Shown piece by piece: positions 1 to 13,100 of a stretch of DNA of 64,000 nt. Where the stretch lies: NCBI GenBank assembly GCA_964270895.1, contig OZ185435.1; one strand, 5' to 3'. The stretch comes from Podarcis filfolensis (Eukaryota). How positions within the stretch are numbered: the first letter of the stretch is position 1; each line of letters opens with the position of its first letter. The notes under the pieces are model-generated. The model was not told the origin of the DNA and ran no database searches. It saw only the letters and a program-made list of their open reading frames with translations. The position numbers and the translations under genes were made by a program.

Positions 1-990
1 CAGAAAAATCCAAATTGGAAACGGAGTTGCTAGATACCAATGTTAAAAATCTATCTAAAATGTATAATTTATTGTTGGAATGGCATACAAAGGATGAACA
101 AGTTAAATCTGTGATGATTGATTGGGCAAGAGATGTTGGACACAATATAATGTTGGAAGATTGGGAAAGTCTTTGGAAGAAAGGGGTTAAGTTTACTGCA
201 TGTACTGTTCTAAAACAGTGAAAATAGCATAGATGTATCATACAAATGTTAACCAATGTTGGAAATGCAAGGAAAAAGAAGGAACTTTTTACCATATGTG
301 GTGGATGTGTCCTAAGGCAAAAGACTTCTGGGGGGAAAATTATTATGAATTGGAAAAAATGTTGAAAAATACATCTATTAAGAAACCAGAAGCCTTTCCA
401 CTTGGAATAATAGGATTGGAACTGCCCCCAAAAGATGTTAGAGTGTTTTTGTATGCCACCACAGCGACAAGACTTTTTTTGGCCAAAAATTGGAAATCGC
501 AAGAAATACCAACAATAGATGAATGGCATATGAAGATGTTGGACTTTTTGGAGCTGGCCGACCTGACTGGAAGAATCCGGGACTAGAAAGAAGAGGAGAC
601 ACAGGAAGATTGGAAGAAATTTAAAGAATATTTAGCTAAATATTGTAATATAAGATAATTAGAAGTCACTTGGAAGTAACAAATAGGCTTAGGACTAGAA
701 TAAGAATGCGTTGTAAAACATTAAGGATTAGAATACTAATAAAAGAGAAGAGGATAGTAAATGGAAGAAGTTAATTTTAATAGAAATATGACTTTGGAGA
801 ACTGTTACAAGAAATTCAGTTAGGGGAGGATTCAAGGAAGTCGGCTAACAATGTAAGGTAAATTGGATCTTGGAAGAAATAATTGCTTTTATCTTTTTCT
901 TTTGTATCGTAATGTGTTTTCTTTTGTTCTGTGTTTTATAATGTTATTTCTTTTTATAAATTTGGAAAACTAATACTTTTTTTGAAAAAA
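1..990 (+). mobile_element. 3' end of an L1-clade LINE (degenerate ORF2 C-terminus plus AT-rich 3'UTR)
   Basis: ORF 233-586 contains the L1 ORF2 cysteine-rich motif CWKC-x-GTFYHMWWMC. There is a frameshift between ORFs 15-221 and 233-586 and a probably premature TAG at 584. An A/T-rich tail follows. Confidence 0.8.
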
Positions 991-1113
991 TAATAATAGA
1001 ATGACTCATTGACTTAGAAAGAGTCCACTCCACACAGTTAGTTCTCTTTTCATTGCTGTTGCCTCATTGAGAACCTTTATGGATGTCACAATGCTTGTTT
1101 CTGCCCAATCTAG

Positions 1114-4100
1114 ACTGCCTCCAGATTGCCAAATGTCTCGAGGGGATGCGCCAGCGATGCTGCCGCCTGGATTGCGACTTGCAGGGAGCAAGGGAGAAGC
1201 TGCGCCAGTCGGAGTACGAATGTTCAGTCCTGGAAGTGAAGTTGAAACACGCCCGCAACCAAGTGGAGGTGGAGATGAAGAAAAGGCATCGGGCAGAAGC
1301 TGAGCTGGAAAAGCAGGTTCTTGGAGGGGCACAGTGGAGAAAAGTAGATGGGGGGACTTTTTCTCCCCTTCTCATGTTAGAATATGAGGCCATTAAGGAC
1401 AGACCATAAGGAAACTGCCTTGTACTGAGTTCTGGGTTTTGGTCCATCTAGCTTGGTATTTGTCTACATTGACTGGAAGCATCTTCTTTCCAGGGGCCAG
1501 GAGGCAATGACAGCCCTACCTGAAGATGCCAAGGATTGGACCTATCTGCATACAAAGCAGATGCTTTACCGCTGAGCTATAGCACTTCCCTACGTAGTTC
1601 TTCACAAGCTCCTAATTAAGGTGTAGCAAATTGTAGCGACAGCCACCAGTTTATATGGGTTTTAAAGATAAATGCATCATGTATAAGGCTATCAATTGCT
1701 GCCTGTCATGGTTGCTCTGTACTGCTTCCAGGATCTGTGGTAGCAGGCTTCTGCATACCAATTGGTGGGAGAACAAATAGCAAGAGGGGGCTGTCCCATC
1801 CAGAGGCCTAGGCTTTCCAGAGGCACCCTCTGAGAAACAGGATACAGGACCTTTGGTCTGATCAACAAGACTATTTAACTTGAAGGACCTGTATCCCACT
1901 GTTCATTGCCAAAAAGCACTTCCAGGGTGGGTAACAGTGAAAAGTAAAATTCATATGCCGAAAAGCAACAGCAGAAAACAAGAGCAAATAAGATTCCAAC
2001 CAAATAATGATGCCCGTCGTATTATGTTCTTAGGGCGATAAAGCCTAGTAGGTGAATGGTTTGTGTTGTGTCAGAGTGATGCATGCTGCGAAGAATAATA
2101 TCTAAACCTGGAGCGGGGAGGTGCTGCCACAGAACTTGGGAACTAAAGAGATGTGGCTGGAGCAAGAAGGAAGTTTTAAGCACAACCCGAATAGAAGCTA
2201 GTGTTTGGCACGATAGATGGACAAGAGACTGCTGCAACTACAGCTGTGCTGTTTCAGGTCTCATAAAAGCTGCCAGGAGCTGATGTGACTCAGTAGCTTA
2301 GACACTGAGCTATGCAGCAAGCAGGTGGAAATTTACTGTTCTCATGAAATTAAGACTGCAGAATTTTGGACTTTGGGAGCACAGAACTTGGATGTATTTA
2401 GTGCATAGTCAGTTGCAGTCCTGGACATGCATCCCAGGCAAAAACAGTTCACTTGCATTAGGTTGGCTTGGGAGAACTAGGTGCTCCCCACCCTAAGGAG
2501 GGATGTACCAGTCTGAACATAGTTACAGCTGCAAAGCGGCTGCACTTGAAGACTGCTACATTCTTCATTCCAACAGGGTCTCCATTGTTCTACTCACCCC
2601 TCACCCCTTTTCATCCCTCTCAGGAGCGCAAGCTGCAGCTTATCTATGACTACCTGATGGCTGATTCACAAATCAGTCCTTTCAATGAGGACCAGCGCTC
2701 AGCCCTGGCGGCTTTAGAAAGGCCACGTTTCAGCCACAGCACCCTGCTGCCTGGCAAGTGGTGAGTGGCAAGGGAGTACTTACGACAGCTGATATTGCAG
2801 CTTCTCTCAGGCAAGCAAATCAATCCCTGAGTCCTGTCTGGATATTTTTGTTTTTAAAAATGGGCATATGTAAATCTCTGGTTTCACACATGCCACAAAT
2901 CATACAATAATTGAAATTCAATCAAACAGTTGTGTATTGTGTATACATCCTACAGCCCAAATACCATATTTTTTGCTCTATTGGACGCACCGGACCACAG
3001 GACGCACCTAGTTTTTAGAGGGGGAAATCAAGGGAAAAAATATTATCCCCCCCCCAGCCCCAAAGAGCAAGGGACAGGCTGCGTGCAGCCTGTCCGCTTC
3101 TCCCAGAGCTTCTCGGGGCTGCGGGGGAAACCTGGGTCCCCCCCCCAGCCCCAAAGAGCAAAGAAGCCAAGACAGCGAGCAGGATCCATAGCCGCGCAAC
3201 CTCTCCAGCCAGAAGCTAAACCTCTCCAGCGCAGCTAAAGAAGAAGACAAGGCAGCGAGCGTGATCCATCCCGCTCACTGCCTTGGCTTCCTCTTTAGCC
3301 TTGAGCAGCATCTTTAGCCTTGCGCAACGGGATGGATCGGGCCCGCTGTCCACCGGGGCTGGACTAGATGACTCCTGGGGTTCCCTTCCCACCCTGCAAT
3401 TCTATGACCTTGGAAGGTGTTGGGGGTCTCCACCACTGGAGGCTTTTAAGCAGCAGTTGGGGGACCATCTGCCTGGCGTTCTTTAGCTGTGATTCCTACA
3501 TTGTGAGGGGGCTGGGCTAGATGACCCTCGGGTGGCCCTCCCAACTCTATACAGTCCTACACGTCTGCGGCAGGAGATCCACAGCCACTTCACACAATGC
3601 CCACTCCCAATTTTCATTGGAGAGACACGTGGCTTCAGTGTCTAGGTAGGTACCCCCCTACCTGCCACTCTCCCCCCACCCCACTTAAGCCGAGGGAATT
3701 CCTGCCCAGAGAAGCTCCCAGGTGAGGCAAGGGTTAAGATCTACCTCTGGTAAATGGCTTTCCCTTTTCTCTTCTTCTTCTGTGCTATTTCCTTCTTTTG
3801 TGTTTTGTTTAATCTGTTTTTATTGTATACTAAAATAAAAGCTGCCAAGTTTCCTTTTTTATAATATCCCCCCCTCCAAACTAAAACGTTAATCTAGATA
3901 AAAACACTGATCCAGAGGAAAAGAAGGCGGTGGAGAAAGGACGAAAAAAGAAAAAGAGGTAGAGATAGAGAAATTTTTTAAAAGTCTTCTTTAGCCTTGC
4001 GCAGCCTCCCGCGACTGGAGAGGCGCAAGGCTAAAGAGGAAGCCAAGGCAGCGAGCGTGATCCATCCCACTCGCTGCCCGGGCTTCCTGGAGAGGCGCGC

Positions 4101-7100
4101 AAGGCTAAGGAGGAAGCCCGGGCAGCGAGGGGATGGATTGCGCTCACTGCCCTGGCTTCGTCTTTAGCCTTGCGCAGCCTCCCCGCGGCTGGAGAGATTG
4201 CGCAAGGCTTTTCTAGAGGAGGGAGAAGGGACTGACTGGCGGTGTCAGTCCCTTCTCCCTCCTGGGGAAAAGCCCGCAAGAGCCGCACGAAGCTTGTGTG
4301 TTGCTCTTGGGGGCTTTTCCTGCCTGCCTCCCCCCCCCTGCATTCGCTCCATAGGACGCACAGACTTTCCCCCTTAGTTTTTAAGACGGAAAAACTGCGT
4401 CCTATGGTGCGAAAAATACGGTACATAGCAGATCAGTTTTATCTCTCAGCTTAGTTGCCTAATTCCTGCTGGTTCCAATAATGGGCAGAATCAAATTATT
4501 ACTGTTTGCAGAAAGTTTCTGGTGATTCAGATGTGCAGGTAGTTGTTACNNNNNNNNNNNNNNNNNNNNNNNNNNNNNNNNNNNNNNNNNNNNNNNNNNN
4601 NNNNNNNNNNNNNNNNNNNNNNNNNNNNNNNNNNNNNNNNNNNNNNNNNNNNNNNNNNNNNNNNNNNNNNNNNNNNNNNNNNNNNNNNNNNNNNNNNNNN
4701 NNNNNNNNNNNNNNNNTTCAAAATAAATACCGATATACTGGTGTGAATATCCACATTCAGAACAGGGGTGCCAACTTGAATAAAACATTGGGGGGCCCAT
4801 GTAGGCATCAACCTGCATGTTTCATTCCATGACACAGTGTATACACACCATTTGCATGGCAATGCCCATCAACTATTTTATTGGGGGTGCAAAGACCCTT
4901 TGGCCCCTAGGAGTTGGCTCCTATGATTGAGAAGTAGTATAAAAAAAACCAAGTGCCAATTCTACAGGTTTGAAGGGGCCCCTTGAAATGCATACTGAAA
5001 ATAACAATAATGATAGGCAACTAGTTCATATGCAAACCCACAATGCCAGAACAACACAGCAAGTGTGTTAATGTAGCTTTCCCACAATGGTATCCCCACA
5101 TTAAAAAAAAACAAAAAACGATGGGTGTTTGGAGAAGATACTGGATTAGAAGAACTGAGCTATATAGCAAGAGTGGGAGAGACAGGCATGATATGAGGCT
5201 GTTATTTGTGATACAGCCCCTGTGTTACTCTTCTCTGTAGGCCGTCTGCAGTGGAAGGACTTGGCGCCTCAATCATATCTGACATCAGCTTTGATCACTC
5301 GGATGACGAAGTGGTAAGTAAGCATCCCTTCCTCCCAGGCTTGCCAGGTCAGAACTGAAAGCTCCAGGACACAGTCAGACTCTTGTGTTTACTGTTGACT
5401 GAGATCTCTGTGCTCTACAGGAGCAGAAGCCAAGGCTTCACACTTGAAATCGATGGTGCCACACGTACTACTGCAACAGGCCCTGCATGTTGGTGTATGT
5501 TTTCAGAGATACACATCAATATGAACAGAGACAGTATATGTGGAAGGGAGTTGGTTTGAAACAAAGTAACATATTTTTCCATGTATTAGACGAGGGGTTT
5601 TTTTACTTAAAAAATTATGTTAAAAATCTTGGCTCGTCTTATACATGGGTAGTGCCGAGGGAGGACGTGCGATTGGCTGCTGCCACGAGTTGGAGTTTCT
5701 CAGTGACGATAGGGCGGCCGATTGGTGGTTTTGGCGAGTTTTTTTGGCGATTGGCTGCCGCAGCAGCAATTGGGTAGCCCCGGCAATGCATGAAATTGTC
5801 AGTGTATGTGCAATTCTGGGCAGTCCCCCCCAAAAGAGCTTAACAACTCTTGGCAATCTCCCCCCATTTTCTTAATTTTGAGTCCCCAAAAATAGGGGGC
5901 GTCTTATACACGGGAGCATGTTATACACGAAAAAATACGGTACTCTTTCAGGGGGAATTATGCTTGGTCACCAAAGGGAGAAAATGCATGTGACATATTA
6001 AGAGCAACCGTTTGAAAGCACCCTTGTGGCACTTGTATGCCCAAAACAGTAAAAATTTCTGTTCTACGGGGAGAGAACCAGTTATGCAACATTTTAGTAA
6101 AATTTGGTTTGAACTAGGGAAAGCCAGCTGTGAGGAGCACCTATTGTGAAGTGCATGTATTGCAGCACCATCATACCCTCCCCCTTCTCCCCAGATTTCC
6201 AGAGTAGTCTTGCAACTATTCTAGCAACAACAAGGGAAAGCAAAATAGCTTTGCCGTTTTTAAAAAGACTAAACGATGTGAGGAGGAGCAGGACTAAACC
6301 AGCCTTTGACGTAACTGGTGCGTATTTGTGTAAAGCAAGTTGTCAACACCCTTCATAGGTTCAAACATTTATTTGCTGTTTTGGGGTGAGAAATGGGCAC
6401 CTTGTTCTAATGAAAGCACAGATTATTTGGAGACCAGATACCGTGACAGGTGTAATGTAGTTGAATTGTTTATTTGCGTATTTATTATTGCATTAATACC
6501 TCGCTCTTCCTCCCCAGGTCAACAAACAGATACACAACTTTAAAATTAAGCAAAAACATTCTAAAACGGTTAAAAACATATGAACACAGCTTCAGTTCAA
6601 AACATTCTTCCATCCAATGGTCGTGGGGTTGCCAGGAACTATTCCTCATCCCCCAAATGCCTGGATAAACAGGGATGTTTACAAATTCCTCTGTAAAGTT
6701 AATTATGATGGAGGCAGGCACACCTCCTAATGCAGATTGCAGGCAACTCTGTACTTATTACTTGATGGTAAAAAAACAACAACACTCAAAATACTTTACA
6801 TAAAGAATAAAGTAAAAACAATTACAACTTTTTTAAAAAATGAAATAAAACCAGCAACAAACTAAAAGCACACCAGCAATCTACTTGACTATAGCCAGAA
6901 TGCCAGGGTTTAGGGTAGCTTCTTGCAGAAAACAAGAATATGGAACCTTAGTAAGAAACATGTGTGTTGTTGATGAATACAAGTAGACAGATTCTTATAG
7001 CTATTGAAACACATGTGCATACTGTGAATGCTGAAGAGGCTTCTGGGATGTAGATACAATCTGATACAGGTGGCTATATGCAGAAGCTTTTAAAAGGATG

Positions 7101-7101
7101 C

Positions 7102-7132
<31 letters not shown>

Positions 7133-10100
7133 TGTATGTATGTATACACACAGTTCAAAACTTGAGATGGGAAGAAGTGGCAAGATGTGCTCAAGCTCAG
7201 GGTGGGCCTTCATTTTAGTAGCCCATGAGCTACAAATGTGTCTACATCCTTTCTCATGCTTTCCTTTTCTGTTTTCTTCTAGGATTTGGAAGTGATAAAA
7301 TCCCTCAAAGGCAGAGACAAAGGGGTAAGTGAAGGTGGTGCTGGGAAGCATCCTGTCCTTCAGCTGCCACATATTCCAGAACTGAAGCACCCATCCTATA
7401 TTAGTCCTGTGTGCCTGCCTCAAACATCTGTTTCATCAGAGACCACAACTGGACAGAAGGAGATAAATCTTCCTTACGCATATGCAATTCTAATTACACA
7501 TTCAAATATTTGAAAACGTCTTCGTCTGTATCCCACCATTTACTTTGCTCTGTCTTGTTGATAGTCTGAAAAATGGCAAGCAATTTGTGCTGAGCTTCTC
7601 TCACCTGGAATTACGTGGATCTGTCTTCCTGTTGCTCTCACACCTGTTTCTCTCTTCCAGTGCTCCTCCCTCGTGCCCCTGATTCAGCCAGTGGCAACAA
7701 CCAAATCTGCACAAACATCTGTGGCACCTCCGCCTCCTAGTGTAAGTACCTGGCGATGCCCTCGTGTGTATCTCTGTGCGAGGGAAGACCCAGCCTGCAA
7801 CCTTTGACACCATTGAAAAATCAGCTCTGATAATAAATGGCTCTGATAAAAAGATATTGCAATGTGGTAGATTGCACAGCAGGGTATGTGTTATACGTGG
7901 CATGATCAAACAGGGCAATGAAGCTTCAAGTAAAACAGGGGGTTTCCCTTACGTTCTGCAAGCTCTTAGGGTTAAGATTCCTTTGAACGTGTGTGTGTGT
8001 GTGAATAATCCTGCATCCTTCATTTAAAGGGGTTTGATCAAGACTGTCATTCATCATTCTCTGCCCCTCCCCTCCAATCTTGCCAGGCCAATAAGATGTC
8101 TGTGGCGACTCTGAGATCCGGAGCCACTGCCCACGTTTTGCCCCCTATTCCTGTGGTGCCCCGTCGCCGATCCCAGCAGAGACGTTGCCTGTCCACACGC
8201 TCAGGTGCCTCTTCCCTCCTTCTTTTTTGGGTGTGGCCTGGCCTGTTCTGAAGGTGGGCAGACATGGTTAGGTAATGAGTGTTGACAGAAGGTTTAGCAG
8301 TAGAACTAGAGAATATGCTGCAGTAAGCTTTTCCATTTCCAAAATGGAAAATAGGCTGTTCCCAGAATGCTGTAAAGGGAGTTGGGGACAGTGAAGGGAC
8401 AAAAGATCCTGTTCTGCTTGGGCTCCTCATTGCTATCCCGTTTTCCTTAGTTGTAAGTGGGGATGGGGAATCTACTCAGTACATGCTCAGGGTACTTATG
8501 CCTTTCCTTTGAAGAAAGGGTGTGCAGTCCAAACAGATTAGGAGGTGGTGCTGGTTTAGAGGAGGAGGAGGAAGTGTAGAACCACAAAACCACGAGCCAT
8601 GTTATGTGCAGGAGACTGGCAGGCAGACCCTGAGTGTGTCCAAATGGTTTAATAGTGATCTCAGATGTGTAGGTTTGTATTCATAGGAGCTAAAATAGCA
8701 AGAATGGCTTTATGAGGAGCAGGGAGATATTTGGCTTGTCTCCCCCTCCTTTAAAGATGGGGTCTGGTTTGCAAACTTTTGAGTCCATTCTCCCACCTGT
8801 CTGTCCTCTGGACAGTTGACCGCCACCATGCTCCCAAGCCCAGGACCACTGGAGGGGATTGAGCAAGTTGTCTGCCCCACCTTAGCCCAGGTTCCTGGCC
8901 AACTCCGTCCACACAGAGCAGTCACACTGAGCTCTGGATTGTGGGCTTCTGCACCCCCAGGGCGTCATACTCCAAATGGGAGCCTGCAGATGGAAGTAGG
9001 CAGACCAGTGCTAAGATCCAACAATGCCTTCTGGGAGGTGGCAGCTTGAACGCTGGACGAAAGTGTCCATGCCTTTAAATGTGTCTCTGATGTGTGGTCT
9101 TCTCTCCACAGACGTCACTTCCTTCTGGGGCAGCAGTGAGGGGTCAGGCAGAAGTACCGGTAATAGCCAGGCTGAGAGTGACACCATTGGCACGAAGATT
9201 AGGACTGAGTTGAGGGGTGTTCAGGACCCCTTTTCTCCTTCTCCCACACAGGGAACACCACCCCTCCAAGAGCACCACTTTACTTCCAAGACGGTGAGAA
9301 AAGAGGAACAGGGCTGCCTCTCAGCAACGACCTGAGCTGGAGTGCTTATCTGCTGGGATGCTTTCAAGTGCTCTTAATGATAGGTTGACTGGGTTCTCCT
9401 AAACCAACCATCTGCATTTGTTTCCAATTTTGTGCAAGTCTCATAACTTCCTGTTAAAATCTTGTAACACTGCATACCACAAAAGTTCTGCTTCTGTCTT
9501 GCCCAAGAGCGCTCACCCTGGTGGCAATCATGCAATAACATTTTGAAAGCATCTCAGGATAGCTGATAAAGTGGAATGATGTGTGGGTTCTCCAGTACAA
9601 ATCCACCACTAAGGAACTAAGGATCATGCCAGTAACATGTTGTGGAATATACCTACAAAAAAAAGCTCCATGAAGAAGAGATCGGGGTGGGGGGCAGGCA
9701 GGGGCAGCACCAGAGGCTGTGCCACTTGGACTCTCCCCTCCCCACCTACCCCTGGGCCAACTATGCTTTTTGTATCATTTATTTGATGTTTTAAAACTGT
9801 CAACCGCTTTGGCAGAAAGGCAGTGTATAAATGCAATAAATAAATCCAAGAGCTCCATTGGACAAATTCAAGCTAGAGGGATATTGTACAAAGGGGCAAG
9901 CTATGGGAAGCCTGTGGTCTTTTTCCTCTTGATCTCTGCTGTGCTCATCTAATGCTCTTCCCTCTTCCCTGGCTACAAGATGATCAGCCTGGAGTCGTGT
10001 GCGGTTTGCAAATCCCGCCTGCGCTTTGGGAAGATGGCCCTGAAATGTCGGCCCTGCCAGCTTGTAGTGCATCCTGAGTGCAAAGAACGCAGCCCATCCG

Positions 10101-13100
10101 TGTGCAGGCCGACTGCCTCCCCCAGAGCGAGAGAGGTGAGGACGCTTCCCTGGGATGGGAGCTCATGGGGCTTTTATTGCAGTGCTGCCGGCTTTGCCGG
10201 GGGCAAGAGCAATTCGGGAGGCTGGTGTGACTTGTGTGTGGCAGGTATGGCTGAGCTGTTTCCCCCCAATCCACATTGATGGCTACTAGCCATGATCAAT
10301 GGCTACGAGCCACAATGCCTGTGTTCTTCCTCCACTGTCAGACAGTATACCCCCGACTACCAGCTGCCTCTTCTAAGGTTCCCCGTGTCTTCTCAGGGCA
10401 TTCTGGCAGATTTTGCACCCTCCACCCCACCTCTGGTGCCCCCACTAGTCATCCAGTGTGTGAATCAAGTGGAAAGGCGTGGCCTGAAGGAGGTAAGTGC
10501 GTTGGGGGGGGCAGCAGTGGGGCTCTGAAAGGCTGGTTGAGCTGCTGATGGTTTACTCTTAACTGTCATCAACCTGGATTTCCACATCTAATTCTGTCAC
10601 TGCACAACTTCTGTGATATTTTTCTTTTTGCCCTACTTCCCCTATGCTAGCTGTTGGGTTAGAGGTGTTGCATTTAGTTCACTTGCTTCTCCTGACTTCT
10701 GAGCTTCTTTTCCTTTTTCATCTTGGCTGGTGGTTTGGTTTTCTAATGCATTTTTAATATTTGTATATTTCTGTTCACTGGCTACTTTTTCTTCCCCAAA
10801 TTCCTCTCAGCCTCTTTAGGCTCTTGATAATCTTACTTCTGATCTCTGCTGCTGCTGCTGTTCTCCTTATCTGTCCCCTCGTTCTTTGCATTCTGCATGC
10901 TCTGAGCTTTCTCATTGGACATCCTGTGTTGGTGTTGCCTGCTCTGACCTTCTCCCTAGGCCTGGAACTCTCTGCCTCTGCTACCCTCCTTACTGGTGGT
11001 GGGAGATGGGCTTGCATACCCAGTGCCTGTTTTTATCCAGCCACAGGAGTTAATTATATAATTCCAGGCCCAATCCAAGGCCCTGTCTTTCACATTTCAA
11101 GTCCTAAAGTATCCATGAGGGTGTGGCATAACACAAAATGGCCGTGGCATCTTTAAAAAGCAGAAAGAGGCAAGGCCACAAAATGGTGCTGGCAGATGCT
11201 TCTGACTAGTGGTAATGATTCCAGGCTTGAAGTGCCAGCTGGGACTGTACCTTAGTGGCCGTTACAAGCTTTTGTGTGTGCATCTGTTCCTCTTGTCTTT
11301 TGCTCCTCGTGATCTGCAGGCTGGGCTATACAGAGTGCCAGGTTCAGAGCACCTCATTCGAGAATGGAAGCGCAAGCTGCTTTATGCCCGAGGAGCACTT
11401 CCCTCACTGGACCAGGTGGCTGATGTCAATGTGATCTGTGGGGTTCTCAAGGACTTTCTGAGGAGCCTGAAGGAACCTCTAGTGACCTTTGCCCTGCACC
11501 CTGCCTTCCTGCGTGCTTCAGGTAAGTTTGGACAAGGCTGTAGGTGGAAAGTGCCTTTTCTGGAGTGGTAGTAATGAGACCCCCCCAACCTCATAGCACT
11601 ATTTTCTTCCCACCCAGAAATTCCAGATGAAGCTGCTCGCCAGACTGCACTCTGCCATGTTGTGATGAAGTTGCCCCTGGCCAATAGGGACACTCTGGCT
11701 TTTCTGGTGCTGCATCTCCATAGGTAAGCTGGTGAGGGCAGATTTTAGGCTTGAAGGGATACCTGGGACTCTAAAATGTGCAAAACTTTCCCTCAACTTG
11801 GTGGAGATTTCTGCCTTGGCAAAAGGTGACACTGCATGTTCAAGCCATGTATTTTCCTTTGAAACAACATAATACTGTTTCTGCATGTTAGGAGTGTTGT
11901 GAATTTGCTTCCCCATTTGTAAAGGCAGAGGCCTTTACATTTCATTTCATAAAGGTCTTCCTTTTCTTAATTTTCTTACTCTGTACAAGGGCAAGCAGAT
12001 AAGTATCTGACAATTGTTCCATCATCAATCCTTGTTGAAAGTGCTGGCTGCACCACTTGCTACTGTGGGTATTTTCCTGTCTTGCACAATAGGTTTGAAC
12101 ACCACTCTTTTCTGTTCATTGATTGGATCCACAGTAACTGTTCAGAAACCTGTTTTGGGGCACTTATTTGCTACATCAGATAATGCACTTCTCACTTAAA
12201 AGAAACAAACATAATGGATATCTGTTGCATCAAACGGTGTCAGGAATACATTTTCTGCTAATGAGGGGTTTTGTCTAATCTTGTCCCCTGCAATTGTCTT
12301 GTGGGCTTGGTTGCTTCACCCATTGTGTGGCCTGTGTGAACCATGGTTTCTGACCCCGCTCTGATGCCCACCATCCATGTTATGGACACCCTGAATGTTA
12401 TGGATATAGCTGGGCTTTGTACCTTTGGGTTAGAGGATTCTGCTTTGGCCTTTGGCCTTTGACTCCATGGATCCATCTCTCTATCCTTAGGGTCATGCAG
12501 AGCCCTCAGTGTCGAATGGACCGGCACAACCTAGCACGTATCTTTGGACCGACTCTAGTTGGGCACGGTACTCCTAGCCCTTCCCCACGGATCATCATGG
12601 AAGACACACCACGTCAATGCCTGGTAACAGATGTAACCTGTATTTGTTACTTGTGTGCAGTATTTAATTTTTTTCTGACCCTCTGTGGGACTGCAGGAAA
12701 GACTGCACAATGCTCAGACTGTACATCAAGCAAAATCCTGATGTAGTTTGGAACTGAGGATTGATTATTTTTGTTGCACCAGGGTAGCTCTTGTGAACTC
12801 AGTGGAATGTGGGGAGGTACCCTGATCTTGGAGAAATGCTTCTGCTAATTGTGACAAAGGCAGGAACAAAGTCCTGACTGTGGGAAATCCTGCTTACTTC
12901 TGAGACTTTGCCAAGCATTTTAAACAGATTTTTAATATTATATTTTTGTCTTACGGGCTAGAAACTTGCTTTTTTATATTAAAAGGTGGGGGGAGCTGAG
13001 ATTCCCAGAAACGCTAATTTTAGCCCAGTGCAAAATTCAGCAAGTGAGCCCTTGCTATGTGCCATGGCTTCCTTATTCCATAAAATTTCATAAGAGCATA

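Noticed and set aside
4550-4716. Gap possibly hiding a RACGAP1-like exon
   Set aside because: The flanking exons 2624-2760 and 5241-5313 join in phase and correspond to consecutive RACGAP1 exons.
5421-5492. Exon-like segment after ctctacag in the RACGAP1-like gene
   Set aside because: In the required phase 0 it hits TGA after 8 codons; exon 7283-7324 fits the homologous position.
8816-9049. Candidate RACGAP1-like exon / 77-aa ORF
   Set aside because: The required phase-1 frame stops early; exon 9112-9293 supplies the homologous HFTSKT sequence.
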